NCBI GenBank assembly: GCA_964291285.2
Contig: OZ219785.1
Location: 256,001-320,000, forward strand
DNA: 64,000 bases
Reading direction: 5' to 3'
Origin: Alphaproteobacteria bacterium
Lineage (GTDB): Bacteria; Pseudomonadota; Alphaproteobacteria; Bin95
Under the pieces are notes generated by a model. It saw only the letters and a program-made list of their open reading frames with translations. It did not search any database and had not been told where the DNA came from. Both the position numbers and the translations under genes were made by a program. Below, piece by piece: positions 46,622 through 57,099 of this stretch. The stretch's first letter is position 1, and each line of letters begins with the position of its first letter.

Positions 46622-48182
46622 TCGGCGTGCGCGGCCTTGCGGGGCGGCGCCTCTTCCCTGCGGGGTTTTCAAGACGGCTCGGCGGCGGGGCGCGCAACCT
46701 CGCGGCCGCGCCGCGCGACCTGTGGCCCGGCGCCTCGGACCGGGGCGAGGCGCTGCTCAACGACGGCGGGCGCCTGGCGGCCGCCCTGCAGGCCCCGCCG
46801 GAGGACAACGCCGCGCTCCTCCTGCACCGCTTCGACTGGCTGCGCCATCTGCGCGCCATCGGCGGCGACCAGGGCCGGCGCGAGGCAAGGCGGCTCGTGC
46901 TGCTCTGGCTCGAGGCGCACGGGTCCGGCCGCGGCGAGGTATGGCGCGCGGACATTGCCGGCGCCAGGCTTTATTCCTGGCTCGGCAGCTTCGAGTTCTT
47001 CGCCGCGAGCGCGGGAGAGCTGTTCCGCGCCCGCGTCATCGACAGCATGGGCATGCACGCCCAGTCGCTTGCGCGCGGCATCGAGACAGCCCCGGAAGGC
47101 GCGCCGCGCTTCGCCGCACTTGCGGGCGCGCTCGCCGCCGCCATCGCCTTCGGGCAGCAGCCGGGGGCGCTCCTGCGCCGGATCGAGCGCGCGCTCGACG
47201 AGCAGTTCTTCGCCGACGGCTTCCACCGCTCGCGCAACCCGGTCGCGCAATTGTCGGCGCTGCGCCGGCTGATCGAGGTTCAGGGCCTCTTGCGCGCGGC
47301 CGGCATCGCGCCGCCGGAACGCCTGGCCGAGACCGTCCGCGACGCCGGCCCGCCGCTTACCTTCTTCCGCCACGGCGACAAGCGGCTCGCCTGCTTCCAT
47401 GGCGGGCACGAGTCCGAGAGCGAGTTGGTCGATCTGGCGCTCGCGCGGGTGGACCGCCACACCCGCCCGCCAACGCGCAGCATCGAGGCCGGTTTCGACC
47501 GGCTCCAGGCGGGGCGCACGCTGGTGCTGGTGGACAGCGGCCTGCCGACGGCCAAGGGTTTCGACCGGGGCGGCCATTCGAGCCCGCTCGCGATGGAGTT
47601 CAGCGACGGGCCCCGGCGCATCGTGGTCAATTGCGGCGCGCCGGCGGACGGCTCCGAGCCGTGGAACGAGCTCGCGCGCGCCACCGCCGCGCACTCCACG
47701 CTGACGGTGAACGACGTGCATGCCGTCGAGATCGACAAGGGCGGCGGCGTGCGCGCGGGCGGCCTCCATGTCGAGGCGCGGCGCACCGAGGCCGAAGGCG
47801 GCCTCTGGCTCGACCTCAGCCATGACGGCTATGCCGCGCCCTTCGGCCTCATCCACCGCCGCCGGCTCTACCTCACCCGCCAGGGCGGGGACCTGCGCGG
47901 CGAGGACCTGCTGGAGGGCAACGCCGGCTGGCCCTTCAGCCTGCGCTTCCACCTCCACCCCGATGTCGAGCCGAAGCTGGAGGCGGGCGCGGTGCAGCTG
48001 ACGCTGCCCGGCCGCAGCAATGGAGCTTCCGTGCCTCCGGCGGCCGGATCAGCCTCGTCAGCAGCATCTATCTCGGCGAAGGCCGCCCCCGAAACACTGA
48101 CGCCATCCTGGTGGAAGGCAGGACGGGTGCGGAGGGAGCGGCGGTGAAATGGGCGTTCCGGGCGGAGGGGCGGGGCGGCTAA
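46618..48182 (+). CDS. Heparinase II/III-like protein with apparent frameshift near 48015
   Basis: [44 protein letters not shown]; family-like tail [18 protein letters not shown] lies in another frame ending TAA 48182. Confidence 0.75.
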
Positions 48183-48211
48183 AAGGACGCGAACGAAACG
48201 GGAGGCACGCC

Positions 48212-48412
48212 GTGAACAGGCAACTGACCGCCATCGTCGAGCGGGACGGCGACGGCTATGTCACCCTCTGCCCGGCAGTGGATGTCGCAAGCCAGGGCGA
48301 CACCGTGGCCGAAGCCCGGGACAAACTCGCCGATGCGCTGGCGCTGTTCTTCGAGACCGCGCCGGAAGAGGAAGTCTCGTGGAGGCTCAGGAACGACGCC
48401 TGTGCAACCTAG
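48212..48412 (+). CDS. HicB-family antitoxin, orphan and possibly truncated
   Basis: LTAIVERDGDGYVTLCPAVDVASQGDTVAEARDKLADALALFFE; GTG start after GGAGG; no hicA nearby. Confidence 0.7.
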   Translation: MNRQLTAIVERDGDGYVTLCPAVDVASQGDTVAEARDKLADALALFFETAPEEEVSWRLRNDACAT

Positions 48413-48523
48413 GCTAAGATTCCCGTTCCCGCTGAAGCGCAGTCACTCCACCGGTGGCTGTGGCCTGCCCCCCTTTCTCCCCAACAGGATTTCCTGTATT
48501 TTGACCATAGGAAAGGATGATCA

Positions 48524-49534
48524 GTGCAAAAATTTGACAACGTGATTAGCATTCGCGGTGAGGAAGTCACGCTACCCGCCGCTGATAACACGTCAGAAGC
48601 CCTAAAGGTTTTTCGGGCTGCAAATGCTTATTTTCGCAACATACCTTGGCCCAGCCCTTTCGACCAGACTTTTCACGCTATTGCTCAGGGTGACGCTCGC
48701 GACCTTTCGCATATTCCAAACGATTCTGTCCATTTGATTGTTACATCGCCGCCATACTGGACACTCAAGGCATATAACAAAACTTCAGGACAACTTGGGG
48801 ATATAGAGGACTATGACATATTTCTATATGAACTTGACAAAGTTTGGAGAGAGTGCGCTCGAGTTCTAGTTCCAGGTGGACGCATCTGTTGCGTGGTAGG
48901 CGATGTTTGTATTCCTCGTCGCCGACATGGAAGACATTTTGTTATGCCCCTTCATTCAGATATTCAAGTTCGTTCCCGCGCTTTGGAATTGGATGTTCTT
49001 ACTCCTATAATTTGGCACAAGATCGCAAATGGCGTAACAGAAGCGCGAGGAAACGGGTCTGGGTTTTATGGAAAACCGTATCAACCAGGAGCTGTCATTA
49101 AGAATGACATTGAGTACATACTATTTTTACGAAAAGGACGAGAGTATCGCAAAGTTAATTCACTGCAAAAGGCTCTTTCGATCTTGACTAAGGAAGAAAT
49201 GCAGCAGTGGTGGCGATCAATTTGGACGGACATAAGAGGTGCATCTACCCGCATGGGTCATCCTGCTCCTTTTCCGCCGGTGTTAGCCGAACGACTAATC
49301 CGCATGTTTTCCTTCGCCGGAGACACTGTATTGGACCCATTTCTTGGTACTGGCAGCACAGCTATCGCGGCGGTTGCATCGGGTCGTAACTCCATAGGGA
49401 TCGATATTGATTCGAAGTACGTCGAAATTGCTAGGGACAATGTCAAAGAGACAGCTCTGAAGAAGCGAGAAACAGGCGCGATACACGCAGTGTTGAAACC
49501 TGTCAGCGAGCAACTCCAACAAGAAGCGAGATAG
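48524..49534 (+). CDS. Amino-DNA methyltransferase (beta class, likely N4-cytosine)
   Basis: VTSPPY precedes HPAPFP and VLDPFLGTGST; AT-rich relative to flanks. Confidence 0.9.
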   Translation: MQKFDNVISIRGEEVTLPAADNTSEALKVFRAANAYFRNIPWPSPFDQTFHAIAQGDARDLSHIPNDSVHLIVTSPPYWTLKAYNKTSGQLGDIEDYDIFLYELDKVWRECARVLVPGGRICCVVGDVCIPRRRHGRHFVMPLHSDIQVRSRALELDVLTPIIWHKIANGVTEARGNGSGFYGKPYQPGAVIKNDIEYILFLRKGREYRKVNSLQKALSILTKEEMQQWWRSIWTDIRGASTRMGHPAPFPPVLAERLIRMFSFAGDTVLDPFLGTGSTAIAAVASGRNSIGIDIDSKYVEIARDNVKETALKKRETGAIHAVLKPVSEQLQQEAR

Positions 49535-49537
49535 GCG

Positions 49538-50248
49538 TTGGCTTACCAACTTCTCGAAACATTCCGAAACTTATTTCACGGGCAGGCATATCGTCATAGG
49601 AAGTCTAATCTCGGCGATACGGTTGCGCGACAGCTCTACGAAGACCTTCATCGGCTTGAGCGGTCGGAAAAATACGTACGCCGTGTGGAGAACCGACGAA
49701 GCGTCGTAAACATACAGAACAGGCGCCACGGAGTTCGAGCTCGGCGCGGTGATGGCAGCTTTGGTGAAATAATTCCCAATGAGACACCGATTGCGGAGGA
49801 AGAGTTTTTGGTCGCTCGTGGGCCGATAGCTACCATAGAGATTGGCGTTGAGGTAAAAATTATGATGAAAGCAATGATCAAGCAGATTGATAGGGTTATC
49901 AACGACCTTCATGGGCAGGTGGAACAATTTCGATCGGGCGGTGGAAGCCCAATTTGTGTCGGGATCGTAGGTGTAAATCATGCGCCATACTGTACAACGT
50001 ATGAAGGAGATCGGCAGTATAGAACAAATGGGTCCAGTACCTTCAAGCATCCCATCGAGGAGGCCGACGAGGCGGAGCGGCGATTGATACAGTTTGTTGG
50101 CTCAGAATTTGACGAATTTATCATTCTTCGTTTTGGGGCGACGAACGAATCCCCATTTGAGTTTGATTGGACCAACCGGCGAAGTACTCATCTAGACTAT
50201 GGTGCGGCATTGGCTCGAATAAGCCGGGAATACGACATTCGTTTTTGA
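49538..50248 (+). CDS. Putative type II restriction endonuclease
   Basis: 3 bp downstream of the MTase, AT-rich, GD...EVK candidate PD-(D/E)xK motif. Confidence 0.65.
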   Translation: MAYQLLETFRNLFHGQAYRHRKSNLGDTVARQLYEDLHRLERSEKYVRRVENRRSVVNIQNRRHGVRARRGDGSFGEIIPNETPIAEEEFLVARGPIATIEIGVEVKIMMKAMIKQIDRVINDLHGQVEQFRSGGGSPICVGIVGVNHAPYCTTYEGDRQYRTNGSSTFKHPIEEADEAERRLIQFVGSEFDEFIILRFGATNESPFEFDWTNRRSTHLDYGAALARISREYDIRF

Positions 50249-50415
50249 CTACAGGTGCCAATGTTAGCAGCAAAGATTCTCGTTGCCGCTGGTCGAAAAC
50301 ACGAAGGGCGCTTGGGCAGCTTGAAAAAATAGCGTGCTACCAGCTTCGATTTACTTGGTAGTAGCGATAGGCAGTGGGCGTAATAGGCTTATTTCTACAT
50401 CAACAACATACTACT

Positions 50416-51168
50416 TCACCGCCGCAACCGCTCCGCCGCCTTTCGCAGCCGTGTCTGCGCGTCCTCACTGTGCCAGAGTTCGGTCTGGCGGGCTACGCGG
50501 GCGGGCATTTGTTCGCGGAGGTCGGCGCAGAAGCGGCCGAGGCGCATGCGCTTCGATTCGGCGAAGGCGGCGGGGGCGAGATTGCACAGGGAAAGCAGCT
50601 TTTCCCACGCCATGTCCTCTATCTCCGCCTTCGGGCCGGTTTCGTGGACGAGGCCGAGGCTGCGGCCCTCCTCGGCGTGGATGAGCCGGCCCGTATAGAT
50701 CAGGTCGGAGGCGGCGAAGTCTCCCGCCACGAAACGCAGCAACCGGTCGCCATAATAGGGGTTGGGCACGCCCAGCAGGATTTCCGGCTTGCCGATGAGC
50801 ACGCGGCCCGCCGCCCCGTAGCGGTAGTCGCAGGCGAGGAACATGGCGAGTCCCGCGCCTATCGCATGGCCCCTTATGGCGCCCGCCACCGGCACCGGCG
50901 CTTCCAGCAGCGCCAGGATGAGCCGGCCCAGTTCCAGGAACATCTCACGGATCGAGTCGCGCGGCTCTTCGAGCGCCCAGTCGAGATCGACGCCGTTCGA
51001 GAAGAACCTCCTGCCGCCGGCAAGCAACACGCCGCGGGCGCCGCGCCCGGCCTCCTCCGTCGCGTCCGCAAGCTCGCGGATGAGCGGTGTCGTGAGCGCA
51101 TTGGCCTCGCCCCGGGCAAGGCGGATGCAGACGCAGCCGTCGCGGCGCTCCACGGAAATGCCGGTCAA
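50416..51168 (-). CDS. Enoyl-CoA hydratase/isomerase family
   Basis: FFSNGVDL, AIRGHAIGAG, CDYRY, PEILLG. Confidence 0.87.
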   Translation of the reverse strand: MTGISVERRDGCVCIRLARGEANALTTPLIRELADATEEAGRGARGVLLAGGRRFFSNGVDLDWALEEPRDSIREMFLELGRLILALLEAPVPVAGAIRGHAIGAGLAMFLACDYRYGAAGRVLIGKPEILLGVPNPYYGDRLLRFVAGDFAASDLIYTGRLIHAEEGRSLGLVHETGPKAEIEDMAWEKLLSLCNLAPAAFAESKRMRLGRFCADLREQMPARVARQTELWHSEDAQTRLRKAAERLRR

Positions 51169-51183
51169 GGCGCTGCCCGCCCC

Positions 51184-52605
51184 TCAGCCTGCCGTCCGCC
51201 GCTTCAGCCTCACCTTCAGCCCTGCGGGCAGCATGGTGAAGGCCAGATGCTCCTGGACCTGCGCGCGGGGCGTGGCCGGCTCCAGGTCGAAATTGCGGCA
51301 GAGCATGGCGAGGACCGTGCGGATTTCGAGCAGCGCCAGCGCCCGGCCGGGGCAAAGGCGCGGGCCGCCGCCGAAGGGCAGGAAGGTGCGGCGGTCATGG
51401 GGGCTCGGGCGCGTTTCGGGAGGGGCAATCCAGCGCTCCGGGTCGAAGCGTTCGCCGTCCGCGAAATGCTCGTCGCTCGTCGCCGCATGGCGGAGCAGCA
51501 TCATGATCGGCGTGCCCCTCGGGATCAGGCAGCCGAGCATCTCCGTGTCCTCCAGCGGCTCCGCCACATGCATCGGCGCCACCGGCTTGAGGCGCATCAC
51601 CTCGTTGCAGAAGGCGTCGAGGAAGGGCAGCCGGTTCGCCTGTTCCAGACCCTCCATGGCCGCGGCCGGCGCAATCACGGAATCGATTTCGTCCCGGGCG
51701 CGCCCGAACAGGTCCGGATGGAGCGCGAAATAGTGCATCGCCCAGGCGATGCTGTTCGCGGTCGTGTCCTCGCCGGCCAGCAGCAGGGTGCCGGCATTGG
51801 CGAAGATGTCGGCATCCGAGATGCCGGACCCCTCGTCCGCGGCCGCCGCCATTATCGCCTCCAGGAAGTCGGCGGGTTCGCGGTCCGGGTCCGCCGCCAT
51901 GCGCTCCCTGGCGGCGCGCACCATCTCGCCCACCTCGCGCCTTATGGCTTCCAGCGCCCGGTCGAGCGCCCGGTCCGAGGGCAGGCGGAACCAGCGCCAA
52001 TAGGCGAAGGGCGCATTGGTGCGCCGGTGCAGCACGGGGAACACCTTGTCCAGATGGCGCTGGATCACGGGGCCGGGCGTCTCCAGCGTGTTGGCATCGA
52101 CGCCGAAGGCGAGTTGCATGGTGACATCGACGGTGAAGCGCATGAGGTCGCTGCAGACATCCACCGGCTCGCCCCGGTCCGCCGCATCCTCCCAGCGGTG
52201 CTGCAGGCGCGCGGCGATCAGGGCGAGCTTCGGGAAGAAGTCCGCGAGCTTGTGGCGGTTGAGCGCCGCGGTGACGATCCGGCGCTGCCGGCGCCAGTCC
52301 TCGCCCTCGGCGGCGAACACGCCTCTTAGCCCCATTTCCACCGCCACCGACTCGAGCCGGCGCGTGCGCCGGAAACCTTGCGGGCGCTGCACCAGGATAC
52401 GCTGGATGGCCGCGCTGTCCGACACCACGGCGATCGGGTGCGGCCCCATATTGATCCGGAAGAGCGGCCCGTACCGGTCCGCCCATTCCTCCAGCGTCAG
52501 GTGCAGCCGGTCGAAGCGGAGCCGGTGCAGCACGCCCACCAGGGGCAAGCCCCTCGGGCCGGGAAGGTCGCGAAGCCGGGTCAGGGCGCTGGCGGTCTCG
52601 GTCAT
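51184..52605 (-). CDS. Cytochrome P450
   Basis: AGEDTT, EVMR, PERW, FGGGPRLCPG heme motif. Confidence 0.95.
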   Translation of the reverse strand: MTETASALTRLRDLPGPRGLPLVGVLHRLRFDRLHLTLEEWADRYGPLFRINMGPHPIAVVSDSAAIQRILVQRPQGFRRTRRLESVAVEMGLRGVFAAEGEDWRRQRRIVTAALNRHKLADFFPKLALIAARLQHRWEDAADRGEPVDVCSDLMRFTVDVTMQLAFGVDANTLETPGPVIQRHLDKVFPVLHRRTNAPFAYWRWFRLPSDRALDRALEAIRREVGEMVRAARERMAADPDREPADFLEAIMAAAADEGSGISDADIFANAGTLLLAGEDTTANSIAWAMHYFALHPDLFGRARDEIDSVIAPAAAMEGLEQANRLPFLDAFCNEVMRLKPVAPMHVAEPLEDTEMLGCLIPRGTPIMMLLRHAATSDEHFADGERFDPERWIAPPETRPSPHDRRTFLPFGGGPRLCPGRALALLEIRTVLAMLCRNFDLEPATPRAQVQEHLAFTMLPAGLKVRLKRRTAG

Positions 52606-53023
52606 GGCGCCATTCTACACCTCGCAGCCCGGTCGGGGAGTGTGTCACCGCGCCTCTCCGGGCCTGCCGCCCGCGCGGAACGGCCGGGCAGAGTTATTTG
52701 AAAATATTATGAAACAAAGAAGAAATCGGTATTGGTTCTTTGCATAGCGGCCTTGCAAGACTGCGAATGTCCGCTTCGGAAATCCTCCGCGCCGGGCGCT
52801 GGGACTCGAAAGAAACGGCAAACGCCGGAGAAACGAGAGATGAGTGTTCGGCAAATAACGGCAGGTTGCGATGCGGGACGCAAATGGAGTGTCGAAGAGG
52901 GGCGCAGGCGGCGCGGGACCCCGGTGACGGCGGTCCCGGCTCCGCACGGCGCCCCGGCCCGGACTCAGGCCGACTTCCTCGACATTCCCTGCCGGTAGCG
53001 TTTCCTCCACCGCAACCGGCAGC

Positions 53024-53064
53024 GCAGCCGGCGGGGCCCCCAAACCCGCCGGCTGCTTTCCTTT
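53024..53064. terminator. Strong hairpin, probable terminator
   Basis: GCAGCCGGCGGG...CCCGCCGGCTGC followed by TTTCCTTT on +; also just downstream of the minus-strand synthetase. Confidence 0.6.
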
Positions 53065-53076
53065 GGGTCGGACCGT

Positions 53077-54579
53077 CTAACGTCCCCCGGCCTTCACCCA
53101 CTCCCTCAACTCGTGCTTTCGCGTCTTGCCCAGGGCGGTCCTCGGGAGCCCATCGACGAACAGCACCTCCTTCGGATGCTTGAAACGGGCGAGCCGGCCT
53201 TCGAAGCGGGCGAGAAAGTCCGATGCCGCGATCCTTGCGCCCGGGGCAGGAACGACGACGGCGACCGGCACCTCGCCCCAGCGCGCGTCCCCGCGTCCGA
53301 CCACGGCCACATCGGCGATATCGTCCATCCGGTGGACCAGCTGCTCGATCTCGGCCGGGTAGATGTTCTCCCCGCCCGAGATCACGATGTCCTTCTTGCG
53401 GTCGATGACGAACACGTCGCCCTCTTCGTCGCGATACGCCACGTCGCCGGTATGGAACCAGCCGCCCCTGAGCGCGCGGCGCGTCTCCTCCCCGTTGTTC
53501 CAGTATTCGCGAAGGACGTTGCCGCCGCGGATCAGGATTTCCCCGGAGGCGCCGACCGGAACCTCGTTGCCCTCGTCGTCGGCGATCTTCATCTCGCAGT
53601 GGAGCCCGCATTTCCCGGTCGAGCGGGGCTTGCGCAGCCCGTCGCCCGGCTTCTGGTAGATCGAGACCGGCGCCGTCTCCGTCAGCCCGTAGGTCTGGCA
53701 TACCGGGATGCCGCGCGCCTGCACAGCGTCGATCAGGTGGCGCGGCACGACCGAGGAGCCGGTGGTGAGCAGACGCAGGCTGGAGAGGTCCGCTTCCACC
53801 CAGCCCGGGAGGTCGATCACCGCCTGGATGGTCGCCGGGACCAGGACAAGCTGCGTCGGGCGCTCCCCGACGATCGCGCGGAGCGTTGCCTCGGGCTCGA
53901 AACGGCGGTGCAGGATCACCGTCCCGCCGGCATAGAAGGCGGGCGAGGTGAGGATGTTGAGCCCGCCCACATGGAACATCGGCAGCACCGTCAGCACGCG
54001 GTCGGCGTCCGTCAGCCCGGCATAGTGGACGCAGTTGAGGGCGTTGACCTGGATCGCCCGCTGGTCGAGCACCGCGCCCTTGGGATGGCCCGTGGTGCCC
54101 GAGGTGTAGACCAGCAGGCAGGGGGTCTCCGGCCCGGCATGCGCGTCGCGGTCTTCGCCCGCCGCTGTCTCCGCCTCGCGGGCGATCCCGTCTGCGGGAA
54201 TGACGGCGGTCTCCAGGCAGTCCGCCGCCGCCTCGCGCGCGAGCTCCGCGTGGCCGGCGTCCGCGACCAGTATCCGAGGGGCGGAGTCGCCGAGGATATA
54301 GGCGAGTTCCGGCGCCACAAGGCGCCAGTTGAGCGGCGAGAACATCGCGCCGACCCGCGCGCAGGCGAAGAAGAGCGCCAGCATTGAGGGGCTGTTGAAG
54401 CCGAGAAAGGCGACCCGGTCGCCGCGCCCGACGCCGTGGACGGTCTTCAGTGCCCTGGCATGGCCCCGGATCGTCTCCGCGAGGCGGGCGTAGTCTATGT
54501 CCTCGCCCTCGAAGCGGATCGCGGTTTTCGACGGTGTGAACGCGGCGTTCTTCTCGACCCACGAGGACAGGTCGTTCAT
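53077..54579 (-). CDS. AMP-binding acyl-CoA synthetase
   Basis: YTSGTTGHPKG, YGLTE, FHTGD, ISGGENIYPAEIE. Confidence 0.92.
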   Translation of the reverse strand: MNDLSSWVEKNAAFTPSKTAIRFEGEDIDYARLAETIRGHARALKTVHGVGRGDRVAFLGFNSPSMLALFFACARVGAMFSPLNWRLVAPELAYILGDSAPRILVADAGHAELAREAAADCLETAVIPADGIAREAETAAGEDRDAHAGPETPCLLVYTSGTTGHPKGAVLDQRAIQVNALNCVHYAGLTDADRVLTVLPMFHVGGLNILTSPAFYAGGTVILHRRFEPEATLRAIVGERPTQLVLVPATIQAVIDLPGWVEADLSSLRLLTTGSSVVPRHLIDAVQARGIPVCQTYGLTETAPVSIYQKPGDGLRKPRSTGKCGLHCEMKIADDEGNEVPVGASGEILIRGGNVLREYWNNGEETRRALRGGWFHTGDVAYRDEEGDVFVIDRKKDIVISGGENIYPAEIEQLVHRMDDIADVAVVGRGDARWGEVPVAVVVPAPGARIAASDFLARFEGRLARFKHPKEVLFVDGLPRTALGKTRKHELREWVKAGGR

Positions 54580-55832
54580 TCGTCTTCTTCGCCGCGCTCG
54601 TAGAGCGCCTCGCGGCCGAGCTTGTCGATGCAGAGCTCCGCCGTCCACGGCAGCATCAGCGAGCCGCAGCGGCTGTCGCGGTAGAGCCGCTCCAGCGGCA
54701 GGCTCTTCAGCATCGACTGCCCGCCGCAGGTGCGGATCGCCTTCTGGCAGAGGTCGTTCGCCGTTTCCATCACCGTGTACTGGGCGCAATAGGCGCGGAG
54801 CACCGAGGCTTTGGACGGGTTGGGGCGGGCCTCGCCGAGCATCTGGAACCAGAGCGCCTTGGCCTGCTCCAGCGCGACCAGCATCTCCGCGACGGCGTGC
54901 TGCTTGGTCGGGTACATGCGCCGCTTGACCGGCGGCATGCCCGGCACCTCGCCGCGCAAATAGCGGACGGTGAAATCGTAGGCCGCCTGGGCGATGCCCA
55001 TATAGGCCGGGGTCAGCGTGGTGAACATGTGAGGCCAGCGGGTCGCCGCCTCGAAATAGACCCCCTTGGGCATCAGCGCCGCGTCGTCGGACACGAACAC
55101 GTTTTCGAACAGGAGGTCGCGCGAGACCGTCCCACGCATGCCGAGCGGGTCCCAGTCGCCGACCACGCTCACCCCCTCGGCATCGGCGGGGACGGCGAAA
55201 TACATCGTGTCGCGGCGGCTCAGGTTCTGCTTCTTCTCGGTGCAGAGCACGCCGTAATAGTCCGCCGAGCCGGCGAGCGAGGCGAAGATCTTCTTGCCGT
55301 TGATGACCCAGCCGCCCTCGACCCGGTCGGCCAGCGTGCCGAACGGGCGGAAGCCGGCCGCCGCCGCACCGCCTTCGGAGAACGGCTGGGCGTAGATCGC
55401 TCCCTTATCCACGATGCGGGTGTAGTGCAGCGCGCGCCGCCGGTTGTGCTCTCGCCGCTGTTCCCGCTTCATCGGCAGGTCGTCGGCGAGCGCCCCGGTC
55501 CACAGGCACGAGCTCACATGCATGTTGAAGGTGAGCGCCGTCGAGCCGCAGTAACGGCCGATTTCCGCCGCCATCAGCGAATAGGTCTTCAGGTCCGCGC
55601 CGTGCCCGCCATGCTCCTTCGGCACGCAGACGGCGAGCAGGCCCGCCTCGTGGAGGTCCCGGTAGTTCGCCATCGGGAAGATCGCGTCGCGGTCCCATTC
55701 GTCGGCGCGCGCCGCGAAGCTCTCCTCGCCGAGCCGCCGGGCCTCCGCGCAGAGCGCCGCCTGTTCGCCGGTGAGCCCGTAATAGTCCGGGTCGAACATC
55801 GGCGCGTCGCGCCGCTCGTCGCTGGAAGCCAT
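54576..55832 (-). CDS. Acyl-CoA dehydrogenase family
   Basis: PFSE, INGKKIF, WDPLGMRGTVS, GG..LERLYRD. Confidence 0.9.
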   Translation of the reverse strand: MASSDERRDAPMFDPDYYGLTGEQAALCAEARRLGEESFAARADEWDRDAIFPMANYRDLHEAGLLAVCVPKEHGGHGADLKTYSLMAAEIGRYCGSTALTFNMHVSSCLWTGALADDLPMKREQRREHNRRRALHYTRIVDKGAIYAQPFSEGGAAAAGFRPFGTLADRVEGGWVINGKKIFASLAGSADYYGVLCTEKKQNLSRRDTMYFAVPADAEGVSVVGDWDPLGMRGTVSRDLLFENVFVSDDAALMPKGVYFEAATRWPHMFTTLTPAYMGIAQAAYDFTVRYLRGEVPGMPPVKRRMYPTKQHAVAEMLVALEQAKALWFQMLGEARPNPSKASVLRAYCAQYTVMETANDLCQKAIRTCGGQSMLKSLPLERLYRDSRCGSLMLPWTAELCIDKLGREALYERGEEDE

Positions 55833-55851
55833 CGCCACGCCCTCCACCTGC

Positions 55852-56892
55852 TCAGGAATCGACCAGCCGGCCGGCCTCCACCACATTCACCCCGTCGAGG
55901 CTCACCGTGCAGTTCCGCATCGGCAGGTCGAAATGCCCGAGCGTGTGGCGGTTGGCGAACTCGTTGGCGCCGGTCGAGTAGAGGAAGTTGCCCGCGAAGG
56001 CGCGGATCTCGGTGCCGTTGAAGTCGCGCTGGTCGTACATAGCGAGCGCCTCGTAGCGGGCCGCCTCGTTCAGGCCCCACCCGACATGTGAAGTGGCATA
56101 AGCCTCGCGGTCGCCCCAGGCGGCCCAGTAACGCCGGAAGAGCTCGGCATCGGTGCCCTCGCCCTCGATGGCGGTGACGTAGTCATCCTCGACGGTGAGC
56201 GCCACCGGCGCCTCCAGGTAACGCTTGAAGGTCAGGTTGACATCGCCGGTATCGAGCACCAACCGGCCGTGGACGGAGCCGGCGGCGGGGAAGGCGACGA
56301 CGATCCCGCCCGGCCAGTGGGCGACCGTCCTCGGCCGGTCGCAATAGCCCCAGACCCCGGCGCTCGGCGCGCCCTCCAGCGCGACGGTGAGGTCCGAGCC
56401 GGCTTCGGAGGTCACGCGCATCTCCTTCGCCGCCCGGATCCGCCTGACCGCCGCCTTGACACGCTCGGTGAGCGCCGGGTCGGGCAACAGGCGCTCGAGC
56501 GCGTCCGGGTGCTCGTTGGAGACCATCAGCAGCCGCGCGCCGTCGGCGATGATTTCCGGCAGCTCCGGCGCATGGAGCATTCCCTCCACCGTCACATCGA
56601 CGACGAGGGAGCTGGCGGCGAGCGCCCTGATCGCCGGACCCAGCCCCTGCAGGGCGGGCGACGATCCGGTCGAGCGCACCGGCACGGGGGCGGTCTGCGG
56701 CGGCGAGACGACCGTGACATGGAACGGCCGCGCGCCGCGCCGGAGCAGCGCAAGCTCGGCCAGTTCGACATTGAGCCGCCGCGACTGCGTTTCCGAGAGG
56801 ATCGCGACTTCCTCGCCCTTCTCCACCTTGCAGAGGCCGAAGACGGTGTCGAACGCCGCGATCCAGCGTTCCTCTATGCGGTCGGTGAACAC
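55852..56892 (-). CDS. NicX-like 2,5-dihydroxypyridine dioxygenase / M29-like protein
   Basis: VAHWPGG, SHVGWGLN, RAFAGNFLYSTGANE, GHFDLPMR; GTG start. Confidence 0.75.
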   Translation of the reverse strand: MFTDRIEERWIAAFDTVFGLCKVEKGEEVAILSETQSRRLNVELAELALLRRGARPFHVTVVSPPQTAPVPVRSTGSSPALQGLGPAIRALAASSLVVDVTVEGMLHAPELPEIIADGARLLMVSNEHPDALERLLPDPALTERVKAAVRRIRAAKEMRVTSEAGSDLTVALEGAPSAGVWGYCDRPRTVAHWPGGIVVAFPAAGSVHGRLVLDTGDVNLTFKRYLEAPVALTVEDDYVTAIEGEGTDAELFRRYWAAWGDREAYATSHVGWGLNEAARYEALAMYDQRDFNGTEIRAFAGNFLYSTGANEFANRHTLGHFDLPMRNCTVSLDGVNVVEAGRLVDS

Positions 56893-57099
56893 GTCCGGTC
56901 TCTCCTTCCCGGTTGCAGGCGCCGCCTGTCGGGCATTTGTAGCACCGCCGGCGCGTTCGTGGCTTTCCCTGAAACGAGGAAAAGGACGCGGTCCCGCGGG
57001 CGCCGGAATAGAGCTGGAACCCGGTGTAATCCGAAAGGAGTCCGTCTCCGAGGACGACGACTGCACCCGCCCTCGCAAGCAGGCCCGGAGGCCGGCTGC

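Noticed and set aside
51184-52605. P450 as a tailoring enzyme of the RiPP
   Set aside because: More than 20 kb away, outside the island, and linked to a crotonase
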